Below the pieces are notes generated by a model that saw nothing but the letters and a program-made list of their open reading frames with translations, made no database searches and had not been told where the DNA came from. Positions 7,751-16,100 of a DNA stretch of 37,594 bases are shown one piece after another. The stretch comes from a virus (lineage: Duplodnaviria > Caudoviricetes). How positions within the stretch are numbered: the stretch's first letter is position 1; each line of letters opens with the position of its first letter. A program made the translations under genes and the position numbers. Location of the stretch: positions 1 to 37,594 of IMG/VR virus record IMGVR_UViG_3300031655_000017, one strand, 5' to 3'.

Positions 7751-9756
7751 CGCAGATGTCTAAAATGTGCTGGATTGACCTTGAGACGAGGAGCAACGTC
7801 GACCTCATATTCCACGGCCTAATGCGCTACGCGCAAGACCCGTCGACGCAGGTTATATGTATGGCGTGGGCGTTCGACGATGAGCCGGTGGAGTTCTGTT
7901 GGTTGAACGGGGGCTTTCCGGCGGCGGTTGAGAAGCACATTAGTCAGGGCGGTGCGATCACAGCCCATAACGCCGAGTTTGAGCGCGCTATTTTCGAGTT
8001 CGTGATTAACCAGGACTACGACCTGACGCCCGCTTTACTCTCACAGTGGCGCTGTTCAATGGCGATGGGGCTGGCGAACGGCTACGGTGCCGCGCTAGAT
8101 ACCCTCGCCACGGGTCTCGCGCTGCCGTTCCAGAAGAACCCGGAAGGCACACGGCTGATACGTGAGTATTGTGCCGCCGGCCATAAGGATATCTTCGCGC
8201 CTGAGTACGAGAAAGACCGTGAGATAATGAAGGCGTATAACATCTCCGACGTGGAGGTGATGCGCGCCGCAACTAAATGCCTGCGCCCGCTCACCGACGA
8301 TGAGTGGGAAGAGTATCAAGTCAACAGCATCATCAACCAGCGCGGCATCCCTATTGATGTGGAGTTCTGCACAGCGGCGCTGGGCTACACCTACGAGGTG
8401 TCCGACGACGCCAACCGCATGATCTGTGAGTTGACAGGTGGGGTGATGACCAAGGCCACTGAACGCAAGAGCCGTGACGCGTGGCTATTCCCGAAGCTCA
8501 CACCATATCAGATGAAGTTGTTGGAGGTTTATAAAAAAGGTGAGAAGAAATTCAGTCTCGATCAGGACCACCGGAGGTATTTACTCGAATGTGACGATCT
8601 CAGCCACGAGGCAAGACGACTGCTTGAGTATATCGATAACGCCGGATCATCCGCGCTTAAAAAGTACGCCGTTGCGGCGCAGACTCATGTCGAAGGCCGA
8701 GTTCATCAGACATTTCTCTGGAATGGTGCAGGAAGGACTGGTCGCTTTTCTGGAAAAGGATTACAACCCCACAACATCAGACGAGATGTCTATTCGGATA
8801 ACGATGCTGCGGCGTTCATCGCCGATATCCGAGAAGGATTTAAATTAAAGAAGCCGGCCGAGACGATGGCCCGCCTATTACGTGCCATGATATACCACCC
8901 TGACGGCCTCTACTGGGTTGACTGGAGCAGCATTGAGGGCCGTGTAGCGCCGTGGCTGGCTAATGACTCGGATGGTGAGCGCAAGCTCGACATCTTCAAG
9001 CGGAACCTTGATGTGTATAAGGTGACAGCCGGGAGGATGTTTCACCCTCAGGGCTACTACGGGTCGACCGGTGACACCGACGCTGTCGACAAAGACCAAC
9101 GGCAAGCCGGTAAGATCGCGGAGTTGAGCCTCCAGTTTGGTGGATCACACAACGCGCTGATCAGCATGGGTAAGAATTTTGGAGTGCAGTTCACGGAGGA
9201 AGAGGGCCGTGAACACGTCATCAACTGGCGCCGCACAAACCCTTGGGCCGAAAGAATCTGGTTCGCCTACGACGACGCCATCAATCGCGCTGTGCGTACA
9301 GCAGGTGTGTCGATTGAAGTGGGGCGTGTCACGTTCCAGAGTGACGGACAGAACTTCCTCTGGTGCCGCCTCCCGTCTGGCCGGCTGCTGTCCTATCCAA
9401 AGCCCTACTTAGACCACTACGACACGCCGTGGGGTGAGGAGCGTTATGGCCCCACTTTCCAGACCCACTTCAAGCCGGCAGCGCATGAGCCGCCGATACG
9501 CCGGCATCTGCGCGGCGCGCTGGTGTTTCAGAATACGGTGCAAGCTGTCGCGGCTGACTTGTTACGTGAGGCGCTGGTCTATGCGCACGACGCCGAACTT
9601 AACATCATCGGCCACGTCCATGATGAGATCATCGGCATCGGCACGCCAGACGATGGCGCGGTGTTGAATGGGATCATGTTGGAGGAGCCTGAGTGGGCGC
9701 CCGGTCTGCCAATTGCGACAGGCGGCGTGTCACATGGAACGAGGTATGGAAAATGA
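7747..9756 (+). CDS. Family A DNA polymerase with 3'-5' exonuclease domain
   Basis: Exo motifs DLET, AHNAEFER, YNISDV; TGRFS; motif A DWSSIEGR; motif B RQAGKIAELSLQFGG; motif C HVHDE. Confidence 0.96.
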   Translation: MTQMSKMCWIDLETRSNVDLIFHGLMRYAQDPSTQVICMAWAFDDEPVEFCWLNGGFPAAVEKHISQGGAITAHNAEFERAIFEFVINQDYDLTPALLSQWRCSMAMGLANGYGAALDTLATGLALPFQKNPEGTRLIREYCAAGHKDIFAPEYEKDREIMKAYNISDVEVMRAATKCLRPLTDDEWEEYQVNSIINQRGIPIDVEFCTAALGYTYEVSDDANRMICELTGGVMTKATERKSRDAWLFPKLTPYQMKLLEVYKKGEKKFSLDQDHRRYLLECDDLSHEARRLLEYIDNAGSSALKKYAVAAQTHVEGRVHQTFLWNGAGRTGRFSGKGLQPHNIRRDVYSDNDAAAFIADIREGFKLKKPAETMARLLRAMIYHPDGLYWVDWSSIEGRVAPWLANDSDGERKLDIFKRNLDVYKVTAGRMFHPQGYYGSTGDTDAVDKDQRQAGKIAELSLQFGGSHNALISMGKNFGVQFTEEEGREHVINWRRTNPWAERIWFAYDDAINRAVRTAGVSIEVGRVTFQSDGQNFLWCRLPSGRLLSYPKPYLDHYDTPWGEERYGPTFQTHFKPAAHEPPIRRHLRGALVFQNTVQAVAADLLREALVYAHDAELNIIGHVHDEIIGIGTPDDGAVLNGIMLEEPEWAPGLPIATGGVSHGTRYGK

Positions 9757-9839
9757 TTGAGTTTATAGGGGGTGTAGCCGTGGGTATGTTCGCAGCTTAC
9801 GTTTTGGTCTTAATGTTTCAGGCGTGGAGCGGGAAATGA
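9753..9839 (+). CDS. 28-aa single-transmembrane peptide
   Basis: MIEFIGGVAVGMFAAYVLVLMFQAWSGK; GAGGT SD; ATGA overlaps at both ends. Confidence 0.7.
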   Translation: MIEFIGGVAVGMFAAYVLVLMFQAWSGK

Positions 9840-10153
9840 AACCAGCTTTCATAAAAAATGACGGTGACAAGCTGCCGCTCGATCTGATCACACCTGAGAT
9901 GATCAACGCGCTCGGTGGCGCGCTCAAGTTTGGTGCGGATAAGTACGCGCCGCGCAACTGGGAGCAGGGGGCTGAGTGGGGTCGCTACTACGCAGCCCTA
10001 CAGCGTCACCTGTGGGCGTTCTGGAGCGGCAAGGAGGTCGACGAGGAGTCGGGCCTGCCGACGCTCCACCACGCCGCCTGCTGCCTTATGTTCTTAATTA
10101 CCTACGTCGAGCGCGGTATCGGTGAGGACAACCGGAAGCCTGGGAAGGGTTAA
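9836..10153 (+). CDS. dATP/dGTP diphosphohydrolase domain protein (DUF5664-like); start ATG 9836
   Basis: K.D..K..LDLI, FGADKYAPRNW..G, RYY.AL.RHL, DEESGL..L.HA.CC..FL. Confidence 0.85.
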   Translation: MKPAFIKNDGDKLPLDLITPEMINALGGALKFGADKYAPRNWEQGAEWGRYYAALQRHLWAFWSGKEVDEESGLPTLHHAACCLMFLITYVERGIGEDNRKPGKG

Positions 10154-10350
10154 CTACACAACTCATCCCATTGCTCGTTGTGGGTCAACAGCGCTAACGC
10201 CGTATCGTCGGTGAGCGTGTCACCCTCACTGATGTGGATGGGTTCTACCCACGCGCACTCACTTACGGCTCCACTTGTCGCGCAACTTGATAAGAGCGCC
10301 ACCAGACCGCCGCACACGACGGCGAACGCCGCGAGCCGCATCGGCTTCAT
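10150..10350 (-). CDS. o-spanin (Rz1-like lipoprotein); start 10350 or 10341
   Basis: Signal peptide with lipobox LSSC; C.WV.PI..S..D.LT..T...LL.HN..W...C; overlaps the i-spanin in another frame. Confidence 0.8.
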   Translation of the reverse strand: MKPMRLAAFAVVCGGLVALLSSCATSGAVSECAWVEPIHISEGDTLTDDTALALLTHNEQWDELCS

Positions 10351-10471
10351 CAAGCGCGCGCTCTGCCGCAGCCAGTTTGGCCGAACGGGAGCCAAATACG
10401 TATGCTCCGACGAGTGGCACCAGACCAAGGACAGCTTTAAGTAGAGACGCGACAGCGGTGAAAGCATTCAC
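10259..10471 (-). CDS. i-spanin (Rz-like)
   Basis: N-terminal TM then helical region ending LRDKWSRK; follows the holin; GGAG SD. Confidence 0.7.
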   Translation of the reverse strand: MNAFTAVASLLKAVLGLVPLVGAYVFGSRSAKLAAAERALDEADAARGVRRRVRRSGGALIKLRDKWSRK

Positions 10472-10654
10472 CTACTCCGCCGCTTTCTCTTTCACACCAA
10501 CCGCGACAGCACCCAGGGCTGCGGCAATGCCGATGAGGATTTCACCGAGGGCGCCCTCGTCAATGTTGAAGCCAACTAAACCCAAACCAGCAGCAACTAC
10601 GCCAATAGTTGATGGCTCTTTTAGGCGAGCCAATACCCATTTTATCATATTCAT
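10472..10654 (-). CDS. Putative holin (2 TM, 60 aa; start 10654 or 10648)
   Basis: ARLKEPST, two hydrophobic helices, charged C-terminus; TGATG coupling; precedes the spanins. Confidence 0.65.
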   Translation of the reverse strand: MNMIKWVLARLKEPSTIGVVAAGLGLVGFNIDEGALGEILIGIAAALGAVAVGVKEKAAE

Positions 10655-11718
10655 CACTTCTTCTTTCTTAAAAATGTGAGAAAATCCGCCGCCAACTCCA
10701 TGTCTTGAAAGCACTGCACCATTTGTGAGTCCGGTTTTGCCGGGTCGATGATCGCGGTGATCGAATGGCCTGATTTCTGGGTGTCATGTCCCAATTGAAC
10801 CCCATAGCTGTCTATATCCTTGTAACCTTTAGCACGTACCAGCCAATAAGTAAAATCACGCTCCGCGTTCTCCTCATTGAACATGGCCGCGTTATGTTTA
10901 TGCCCACAGGCGTAGATGTGCGCCTGGTCTTTCATCTTCGCGGCTTTCATCGCGCCGTGTAGGCTGTTCCATTGAGAGTGGCCGGGGAAGTCGTGGCTCA
11001 TCCACACCCTACAGCGGCGCTTATTGGGGAACACCAACCCGAACCGCGCCTGCCACGCCGCCATCTCCATGCCGGGGAATTTCTCTTTACGCTCGGTGAC
11101 GACCTCACCGTTCATGGCGCGGAGGATGGCCTCGCCGTCATTCCAGAGATCATGGTTGCCGAGTATCCACGCTAACCAAGTGACACCGCTGTTGGAGAGC
11201 AGCCAGTTGGCGAGGAGGCGCGCCGTCTCTTGAGAACTGTCCTGATCTGCAAACAACCGCCCAAGCCGGCCGACCCAATTGTTAGTTGTGTCGCCGCAAT
11301 TGACTCCGAACAACGCCTCCGTCCGTGCATGGATTTCGCAATGGTGCATCAACATCGGGGTATTGCAGCCGTTGTCATCAATGTGGGGGTCGCCAAAAAA
11401 CGACACCCCTATTGGCCCGTCGACGTTGATTTTAATATCGTACCACTTACGGGCGGAGTAGCCGTGCTCCAGCTTCTCATATCTTTTACACTGCCACGCC
11501 AATATCTCTTCGGCGGACGGGTTGGTGTTGGGGAATTGAGGGAACTCTACATCCGATGTAGGAGGCGAATCCTCCGTTAAAGAACGCGCGTGTTTTAAGT
11601 TGTAGTTAAATGTCTGGCGCGGCACACCCATAGCACGCGCCGCTTGCGCGGCATTGCCGTCTGAGGCGGATAAGGCGTCAAGGTAGTTTGTGAGGTCTGC
11701 ATCAGTCTTTCGAGCCAC
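10654..11718 (-). CDS. Fis-like HTH fused to a calcineurin-like metallophosphoesterase
   Basis: GNAAQAARAMGVPRQTF; GDPH, GDTTN, GNHD, SH, GHKH metal-binding motifs. Confidence 0.85.
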   Translation of the reverse strand: MARKTDADLTNYLDALSASDGNAAQAARAMGVPRQTFNYNLKHARSLTEDSPPTSDVEFPQFPNTNPSAEEILAWQCKRYEKLEHGYSARKWYDIKINVDGPIGVSFFGDPHIDDNGCNTPMLMHHCEIHARTEALFGVNCGDTTNNWVGRLGRLFADQDSSQETARLLANWLLSNSGVTWLAWILGNHDLWNDGEAILRAMNGEVVTERKEKFPGMEMAAWQARFGLVFPNKRRCRVWMSHDFPGHSQWNSLHGAMKAAKMKDQAHIYACGHKHNAAMFNEENAERDFTYWLVRAKGYKDIDSYGVQLGHDTQKSGHSITAIIDPAKPDSQMVQCFQDMELAADFLTFLRKKK

Positions 11719-12149
11719 TACAAACCCATCTCAGAAGGTGAAGGAAAATAGGGCGAAGCGCCATTTTTATGAAGTTCAAAAAACCCATCGTAGCGAAGGA
11801 TTCCAAATTGATAGAAGATTGGGGCGAGGAACTTGTAAGGCACGACAGCGCCAACCACAACGCAGCGGTCGGCGTCGAGAAAATACACCCCGTAGCTTTG
11901 GCGGTCAGGAGCTGTCGCTATCTGGACGTAGCGCGCTGCGAGAATATAAAGCGGAGGCGCGCCCGACTGCGCGGCCAACCATTGGGCTTCTCTTTGTAGA
12001 GTGATCTCCAACTCCGAGTCCAACACTAATTGATTGGCCGCTGGGCGGTAGAGGTTGTGATGCTCAGACAACGCGCGCTCGCCACTAATACACTGCTGGC
12101 CGGGGGAGGCGGCTGAGATGAGTGTGGCGAAGGTGAGTTCAAGTAACAC
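11718..12149 (-). CDS. Putative secreted protein (143 aa)
   Basis: Hydrophobic N-terminus, two Cys; GAGGT SD. Confidence 0.65.
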   Translation of the reverse strand: MLLELTFATLISAASPGQQCISGERALSEHHNLYRPAANQLVLDSELEITLQREAQWLAAQSGAPPLYILAARYVQIATAPDRQSYGVYFLDADRCVVVGAVVPYKFLAPIFYQFGILRYDGFFELHKNGASPYFPSPSEMGL

Positions 12150-12151
12150 GT

Positions 12152-12439
12152 CTACCTCACTGCCCTTTTACTTTCCGTGCCGAAAGAATATTTGCACTCA
12201 GGCTCTTGGTATTTCTGAGCAGTTGTCCACCACTTCCCTGTTGTGCTGTTTTCGTACACCCGCAACGTCACACCCTGGATAAGCCCTTGCCACAGAAACT
12301 CAAGCTGATGGTGATCACGCATATGCATAATCATCTCAGCGTTGGAGCCACACATAGGATGGCTAGTTGACACTCGGTCTTCACCAGCGAGAGCCGCTGC
12401 TGGTAATAAATAGACTAAAAGTGCTACGGTAAGTTTCAC
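12152..12439 (-). CDS. Secreted/periplasmic protein (95 aa)
   Basis: Sec signal MKLTVALLVYLLPAAALA; two Cys; GAGGG SD. Confidence 0.75.
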   Translation of the reverse strand: MKLTVALLVYLLPAAALAGEDRVSTSHPMCGSNAEMIMHMRDHHQLEFLWQGLIQGVTLRVYENSTTGKWWTTAQKYQEPECKYSFGTESKRAVR

Positions 12440-12449
12440 AACCTAACCC

Positions 12450-12785
12450 TCACTTTTTCGTGTGGCCGTTTAAACGGTCTCGAAGGGCGATAAAACGCTC
12501 GTCCAACCTATCTCTAGCCGTATCGTGCTTAGAAAGTAAACTCTCGTTTGCTTCCCACAGCTTGGTAATATTTTTCTCGGCTTGGTCTAACTGCGCCACG
12601 AGTTTGACCGTGGTTCTACTCCAACCAGCGGCCTCTTTTTCGAGGCGATCCAAGTCTTTACGCGCGCCCACCATGTCCTGATAGGTCTGGTCTGATCGAC
12701 CCTTCACCTTGACAATGGCGATCAACCCAGTCACCCCCAGCGCCACCACAGGGAGTGCGGTCGATATCAGTAGGTCTAAGTCCAT
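12450..12785 (-). CDS. Single-TM coiled-coil membrane protein (possibly lysis-related); start uncertain
   Basis: N-terminal TM followed by long heptad repeats. Confidence 0.65.
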   Translation of the reverse strand: MDLDLLISTALPVVALGVTGLIAIVKVKGRSDQTYQDMVGARKDLDRLEKEAAGWSRTTVKLVAQLDQAEKNITKLWEANESLLSKHDTARDRLDERFIALRDRLNGHTKK

Positions 12786-12859
12786 CTTAGCGCCATGAAA
12801 GCCCAAAGTTCAGGCGATACGTGTGACGCGCCAATCGCTATGTAAAAATGGAGAAGCAT

Positions 12860-13681
12860 CTATCGTTGCCCCGCAGCTAAAATGTTTAGCATGGGAGACA
12901 GGTGCCCCGAAAATCTCCGCCACGCTTCGGACGATCCCCTATACATAGGTCGCTTTACTTGACTAGCCGAGGCGCTGGCCACTGTTAATCCGTTCTTGTG
13001 GAAGTCCAGGCACCGAGAGCGCCAGGGGAGGCCGACATATTCAAGCATACGTCGGGTTTCACTCTCTTGGTTCTCTGTTAGAAATTCATAATCGATTTGA
13101 TATATAGGGAACCGCTCTGCCCAGAACCGCATAAGGTCTTTATGAAGGTTGTAAAAATGGGCGATGCTTTCCTGGTCAAAACTATACTCATGCCCGCGCT
13201 CAAAATTCGCCGTGTAGTTAGAAAAACAAGTCGCCCTTGCGTCCCTGTTCAGATAAATAATCTTTGCCTCTGGCATCGCGCTGAGAATAAACCCTATCCA
13301 CCTGAAGTTCAGCGGCATCTTGTCGAGAACGTACCTCTTTCCGTTGGACGGGAGTGCCTTGAGATAAGCGCACCTCAATTCTTTTAATTCACTTAGGCCA
13401 AAACCCTTTCCCATGTCGGAGATACAATCCCACAACAAAGTCAATTCCCCTGCGGTATGAACTTCGGGATGACTTGCTAGGATCTGCTCGACCAAAGTTG
13501 TACCTGATCGTGGCATACCTAAAACAAAAATAGGGGCAACATCCATCTCTTCGTCAACAACTGGGAAACCATCTTTGAAAGCGTGTTTTATCCGCCCAAA
13601 TGCAGCTTCGTCGTCGCCTATATCAAAGGGGAGGTGCGCCCTTCGATCCCTGTTCGCTGTTTCTATTTCAAGAATATTCAT
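12860..13681 (-). CDS. PAPS-dependent sulfotransferase (Sulfotransfer_3/TPST-like, no TPR domain)
   Basis: 5'-PSB PIFVLGMPRSGTTLVEQILASHP; DKMPLNF; 3'-PB RDARATCFSNY; ASASQVKRP.Y. Confidence 0.93.
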   Translation of the reverse strand: MNILEIETANRDRRAHLPFDIGDDEAAFGRIKHAFKDGFPVVDEEMDVAPIFVLGMPRSGTTLVEQILASHPEVHTAGELTLLWDCISDMGKGFGLSELKELRCAYLKALPSNGKRYVLDKMPLNFRWIGFILSAMPEAKIIYLNRDARATCFSNYTANFERGHEYSFDQESIAHFYNLHKDLMRFWAERFPIYQIDYEFLTENQESETRRMLEYVGLPWRSRCLDFHKNGLTVASASASQVKRPMYRGSSEAWRRFSGHLSPMLNILAAGQR

Positions 13682-14874
13682 AGCGACAACACCGAATTAA
13701 ATTCTTCGACGCCGAATACTTTTTCGCAAGCGTGACAGTCCCAACAACGGTTTTTACACTTAGACAAAACCTTGCTGAGACCCTGCCCCTTCTTTGTGTT
13801 CCAGATCGATGATATATCTTCGGCGCTGTGTTGCTGGGCCTGTGCTAAATTTGTCCAGCCTTGCGGTGCCCATCGATCCACTAAATATGGTGAAAGACTT
13901 TTCTCATATATCTCTTGAAATGAATCTGCATACTCAAAAGCGTCAAGTAATTTGCCACTTTCCAAGTCGATTTTTCTGTTTCCCTTTTCGATGCCGGACC
14001 AGCACATTCGGCCATCGGGATCGATCCCTTGTGATTGCCCCAACCGTCCGCTGAATTTAAAAACATCTACATTTTCAGAAAATTCATCGACAATTTCTTT
14101 GGTAGCCATCGAGATATTAACGCCCAGCCTGGGCAGTTGCTCGGTATATGGGGTTCGCCAGCGCACGCAGGTCGTCGGAAAAGTCTGCCAATAATTTGAT
14201 TCTGATTGCTGCAATGGTGCTTGCCACATATCATGCTCTTGCTTGAAAGGGCAGCTCGGCATACAGGACTCAGACGCTAATAGCGATGTTTCAACCTGTA
14301 GCTTTTTCGTCTCTTGGCGGATTTCTTTCAATAAATCGATATCTCTATTCAAAGAGCGATCCAATAATATTGTCGTGTACCCCAGAGCTGCGTAGTCGTA
14401 CACCTCTTGAGTAGATTTAACCAAATGATTGACGGTGTTTTTCCAATTCATATCTGGGAATGCTTCTTGCAAAGCCCCAGTCCTCATCAGATGAGTCGAG
14501 CTAATTGTGCAAACCCTCAGACCCCGCTCATAATATCCCCGTATAAATTCTAGCATCTCATTTATGACGTTCGCGTCAGACGCCAATTCCTTGCCCATAT
14601 CCAGGGTATTTAGGGTGAGAGAAATTTCTGTCCCGAACTCATCTTGGATTTTGAAGAGGTTATCTAATTGGGCTGGAGAAGGCATCACGCCCATTACGTC
14701 TCCATACTTTTTCTTCTCCCCCTCATACTCATAATGAAATTCCCCGCCGAAAAATATGTCGCGAATCTCGTCCTTGTATTCTTTGGCTGAGTTTTTAAAC
14801 AAGCGATAGAAAATGTCGTCGTCGGAATAGTTGTCCCAATGTGGTATCGAAAATTTTCGGGTAAAATCCGGCAC
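13678..14874 (-). CDS. U32-family Fe-S protein (putative hydroxylase)
   Basis: SLTLN, LDRSLNRD, LLASESCMPSCPFKQEH, DVFKFSGR; C-terminal CKNRCWDCHAC. Confidence 0.78.
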   Translation of the reverse strand: MPDFTRKFSIPHWDNYSDDDIFYRLFKNSAKEYKDEIRDIFFGGEFHYEYEGEKKKYGDVMGVMPSPAQLDNLFKIQDEFGTEISLTLNTLDMGKELASDANVINEMLEFIRGYYERGLRVCTISSTHLMRTGALQEAFPDMNWKNTVNHLVKSTQEVYDYAALGYTTILLDRSLNRDIDLLKEIRQETKKLQVETSLLASESCMPSCPFKQEHDMWQAPLQQSESNYWQTFPTTCVRWRTPYTEQLPRLGVNISMATKEIVDEFSENVDVFKFSGRLGQSQGIDPDGRMCWSGIEKGNRKIDLESGKLLDAFEYADSFQEIYEKSLSPYLVDRWAPQGWTNLAQAQQHSAEDISSIWNTKKGQGLSKVLSKCKNRCWDCHACEKVFGVEEFNSVLSL

Positions 14875-14876
14875 GA

Positions 14877-15257
14877 CTATTCTGAGGTAAGTATTCTGTC
14901 GCGATCACCAGGGTCAACAATATCCACGCGAGGAGTCTCAGCCTTCACCGCCGTTATGTGATCAACATACACTGTCGTCCCATCTCGCATGTCTCGATAA
15001 ATGGCATCGAGCTGATCGCCGATTGGACCGTAACCCAAGACTCTACTGTTAGCCATTGTGGCACGCTGCCCGCCGGGCGATGCCAACCAAGCGATTGCAG
15101 GATTGGTCACCGTGTTGTCATCTGGATTGTATTGCCACCCCTGCTTCACAGCATCGTTTTCGACAGAATGCCATGCCAGTGCCGAGTGTACTTCAAAGGT
15201 AGAGGCGGCTACCTGCTCCACTGTATTCGTTGCAACCGTTACTAAAATCTGAGGCAT
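14877..15257 (-). CDS. Tail fibre-associated/assembly protein
   Basis: V..GW.Y and Y..IGDQLDAIY.D...HITAVKAETP motifs typical of fibre-adjacent proteins. Confidence 0.6.
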   Translation of the reverse strand: MPQILVTVATNTVEQVAASTFEVHSALAWHSVENDAVKQGWQYNPDDNTVTNPAIAWLASPGGQRATMANSRVLGYGPIGDQLDAIYRDMRDGTTVYVDHITAVKAETPRVDIVDPGDRDRILTSE

Positions 15258-15266
15258 TATAAACTC

Positions 15267-16100
15267 CTATTCGTATTCCCAAACGATGACGACCCCGGTC
15301 GTCACGTTAGTACCTTGAGTGTAGCCGTTGTAAACGCCCATACCGCCAGCGCCATAAGCTACATGGCTGTGCAAGAAGGCGGTTGTAGTAGTCGCCGATC
15401 CCGGCGAACCTCCACCAAAATAGCTGCTACCCCCCGAAGCACTCATACTGGTTGTCGCCCTGGCTCCGCCGCCGCCGATGATATTTAAATCACCACCAGA
15501 ACCCACGCCCCCATAGCCACCATGATCAGCGCTGGACCCACTTTTGTTGCTGCCGCTGTGATAGCCACCAGTTGCTGAAAGGTGGGTGCCAAAGGAAGAT
15601 GTTGACCCGCTAGTTCCAGCCGGACCGACGGTTACAGTCACACTACTAATGGCAGATACATCAATAAACTTCTCAGAGTACCCACCAGCACCACCACCAA
15701 ATTGTGTGTTGTTTCCATGCGCCCCACTACCAACCAACTGGACTCGGACGCTACCGATATCGGTAGGTTTCGTCCAAGTCCCACTACTAGTAAAGACTTG
15801 GACTGATGCCAGCCCACCCCCGCCAGCAGCGGCTTGAAATGTAGGCGCAACACCAGCGCCGTTCGACGTTAGTACGTGAGTAGCTGTTCCAACAGCCACT
15901 GTCGTTGCAGATGCATCAGCGGCCCAGGTAATCAGCTCGCCATCGGTCCCTGCACGCAGAGCAGAGACAGGGACGCCGGCGGTTCCGCCGACTTTGAATC
16001 CTGTTTCGAGCGAAGGGACGCCGGTTCCAGCCCCCTGAATTGTCAGATCGCCGTCCGTCGTTTTCGATTCTATTACGTCAGTTTTTAATGTTGAAGTCAT
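15267..16100 (-). CDS. Glycine-rich tail fibre / receptor-binding protein; start revised to 16100
   Basis: VLTSNGAG..PTFQ, QVFTSSGTWTKP, GGGAGGY, G.VIVWEY; ATGA overlap with the upstream stop. Confidence 0.8.
   Translation of the reverse strand: MTSTLKTDVIESKTTDGDLTIQGAGTGVPSLETGFKVGGTAGVPVSALRAGTDGELITWAADASATTVAVGTATHVLTSNGAGVAPTFQAAAGGGGLASVQVFTSSGTWTKPTDIGSVRVQLVGSGAHGNNTQFGGGAGGYSEKFIDVSAISSVTVTVGPAGTSGSTSSFGTHLSATGGYHSGSNKSGSSADHGGYGGVGSGGDLNIIGGGGARATTSMSASGGSSYFGGGSPGSATTTTAFLHSHVAYGAGGMGVYNGYTQGTNVTTGVVIVWEYE

Noticed and set aside
9836-10153. Z-base (2-aminoadenine) genome pathway
   Set aside because: No PurZ-like ORF in the window, and this domain occurs in many ordinary phages
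12776-12859. 27-aa ORF MLLHFYIAIG... directly after the sulfotransferase stop
   Set aside because: Only adjacency and a loose SD support it; not enough to call
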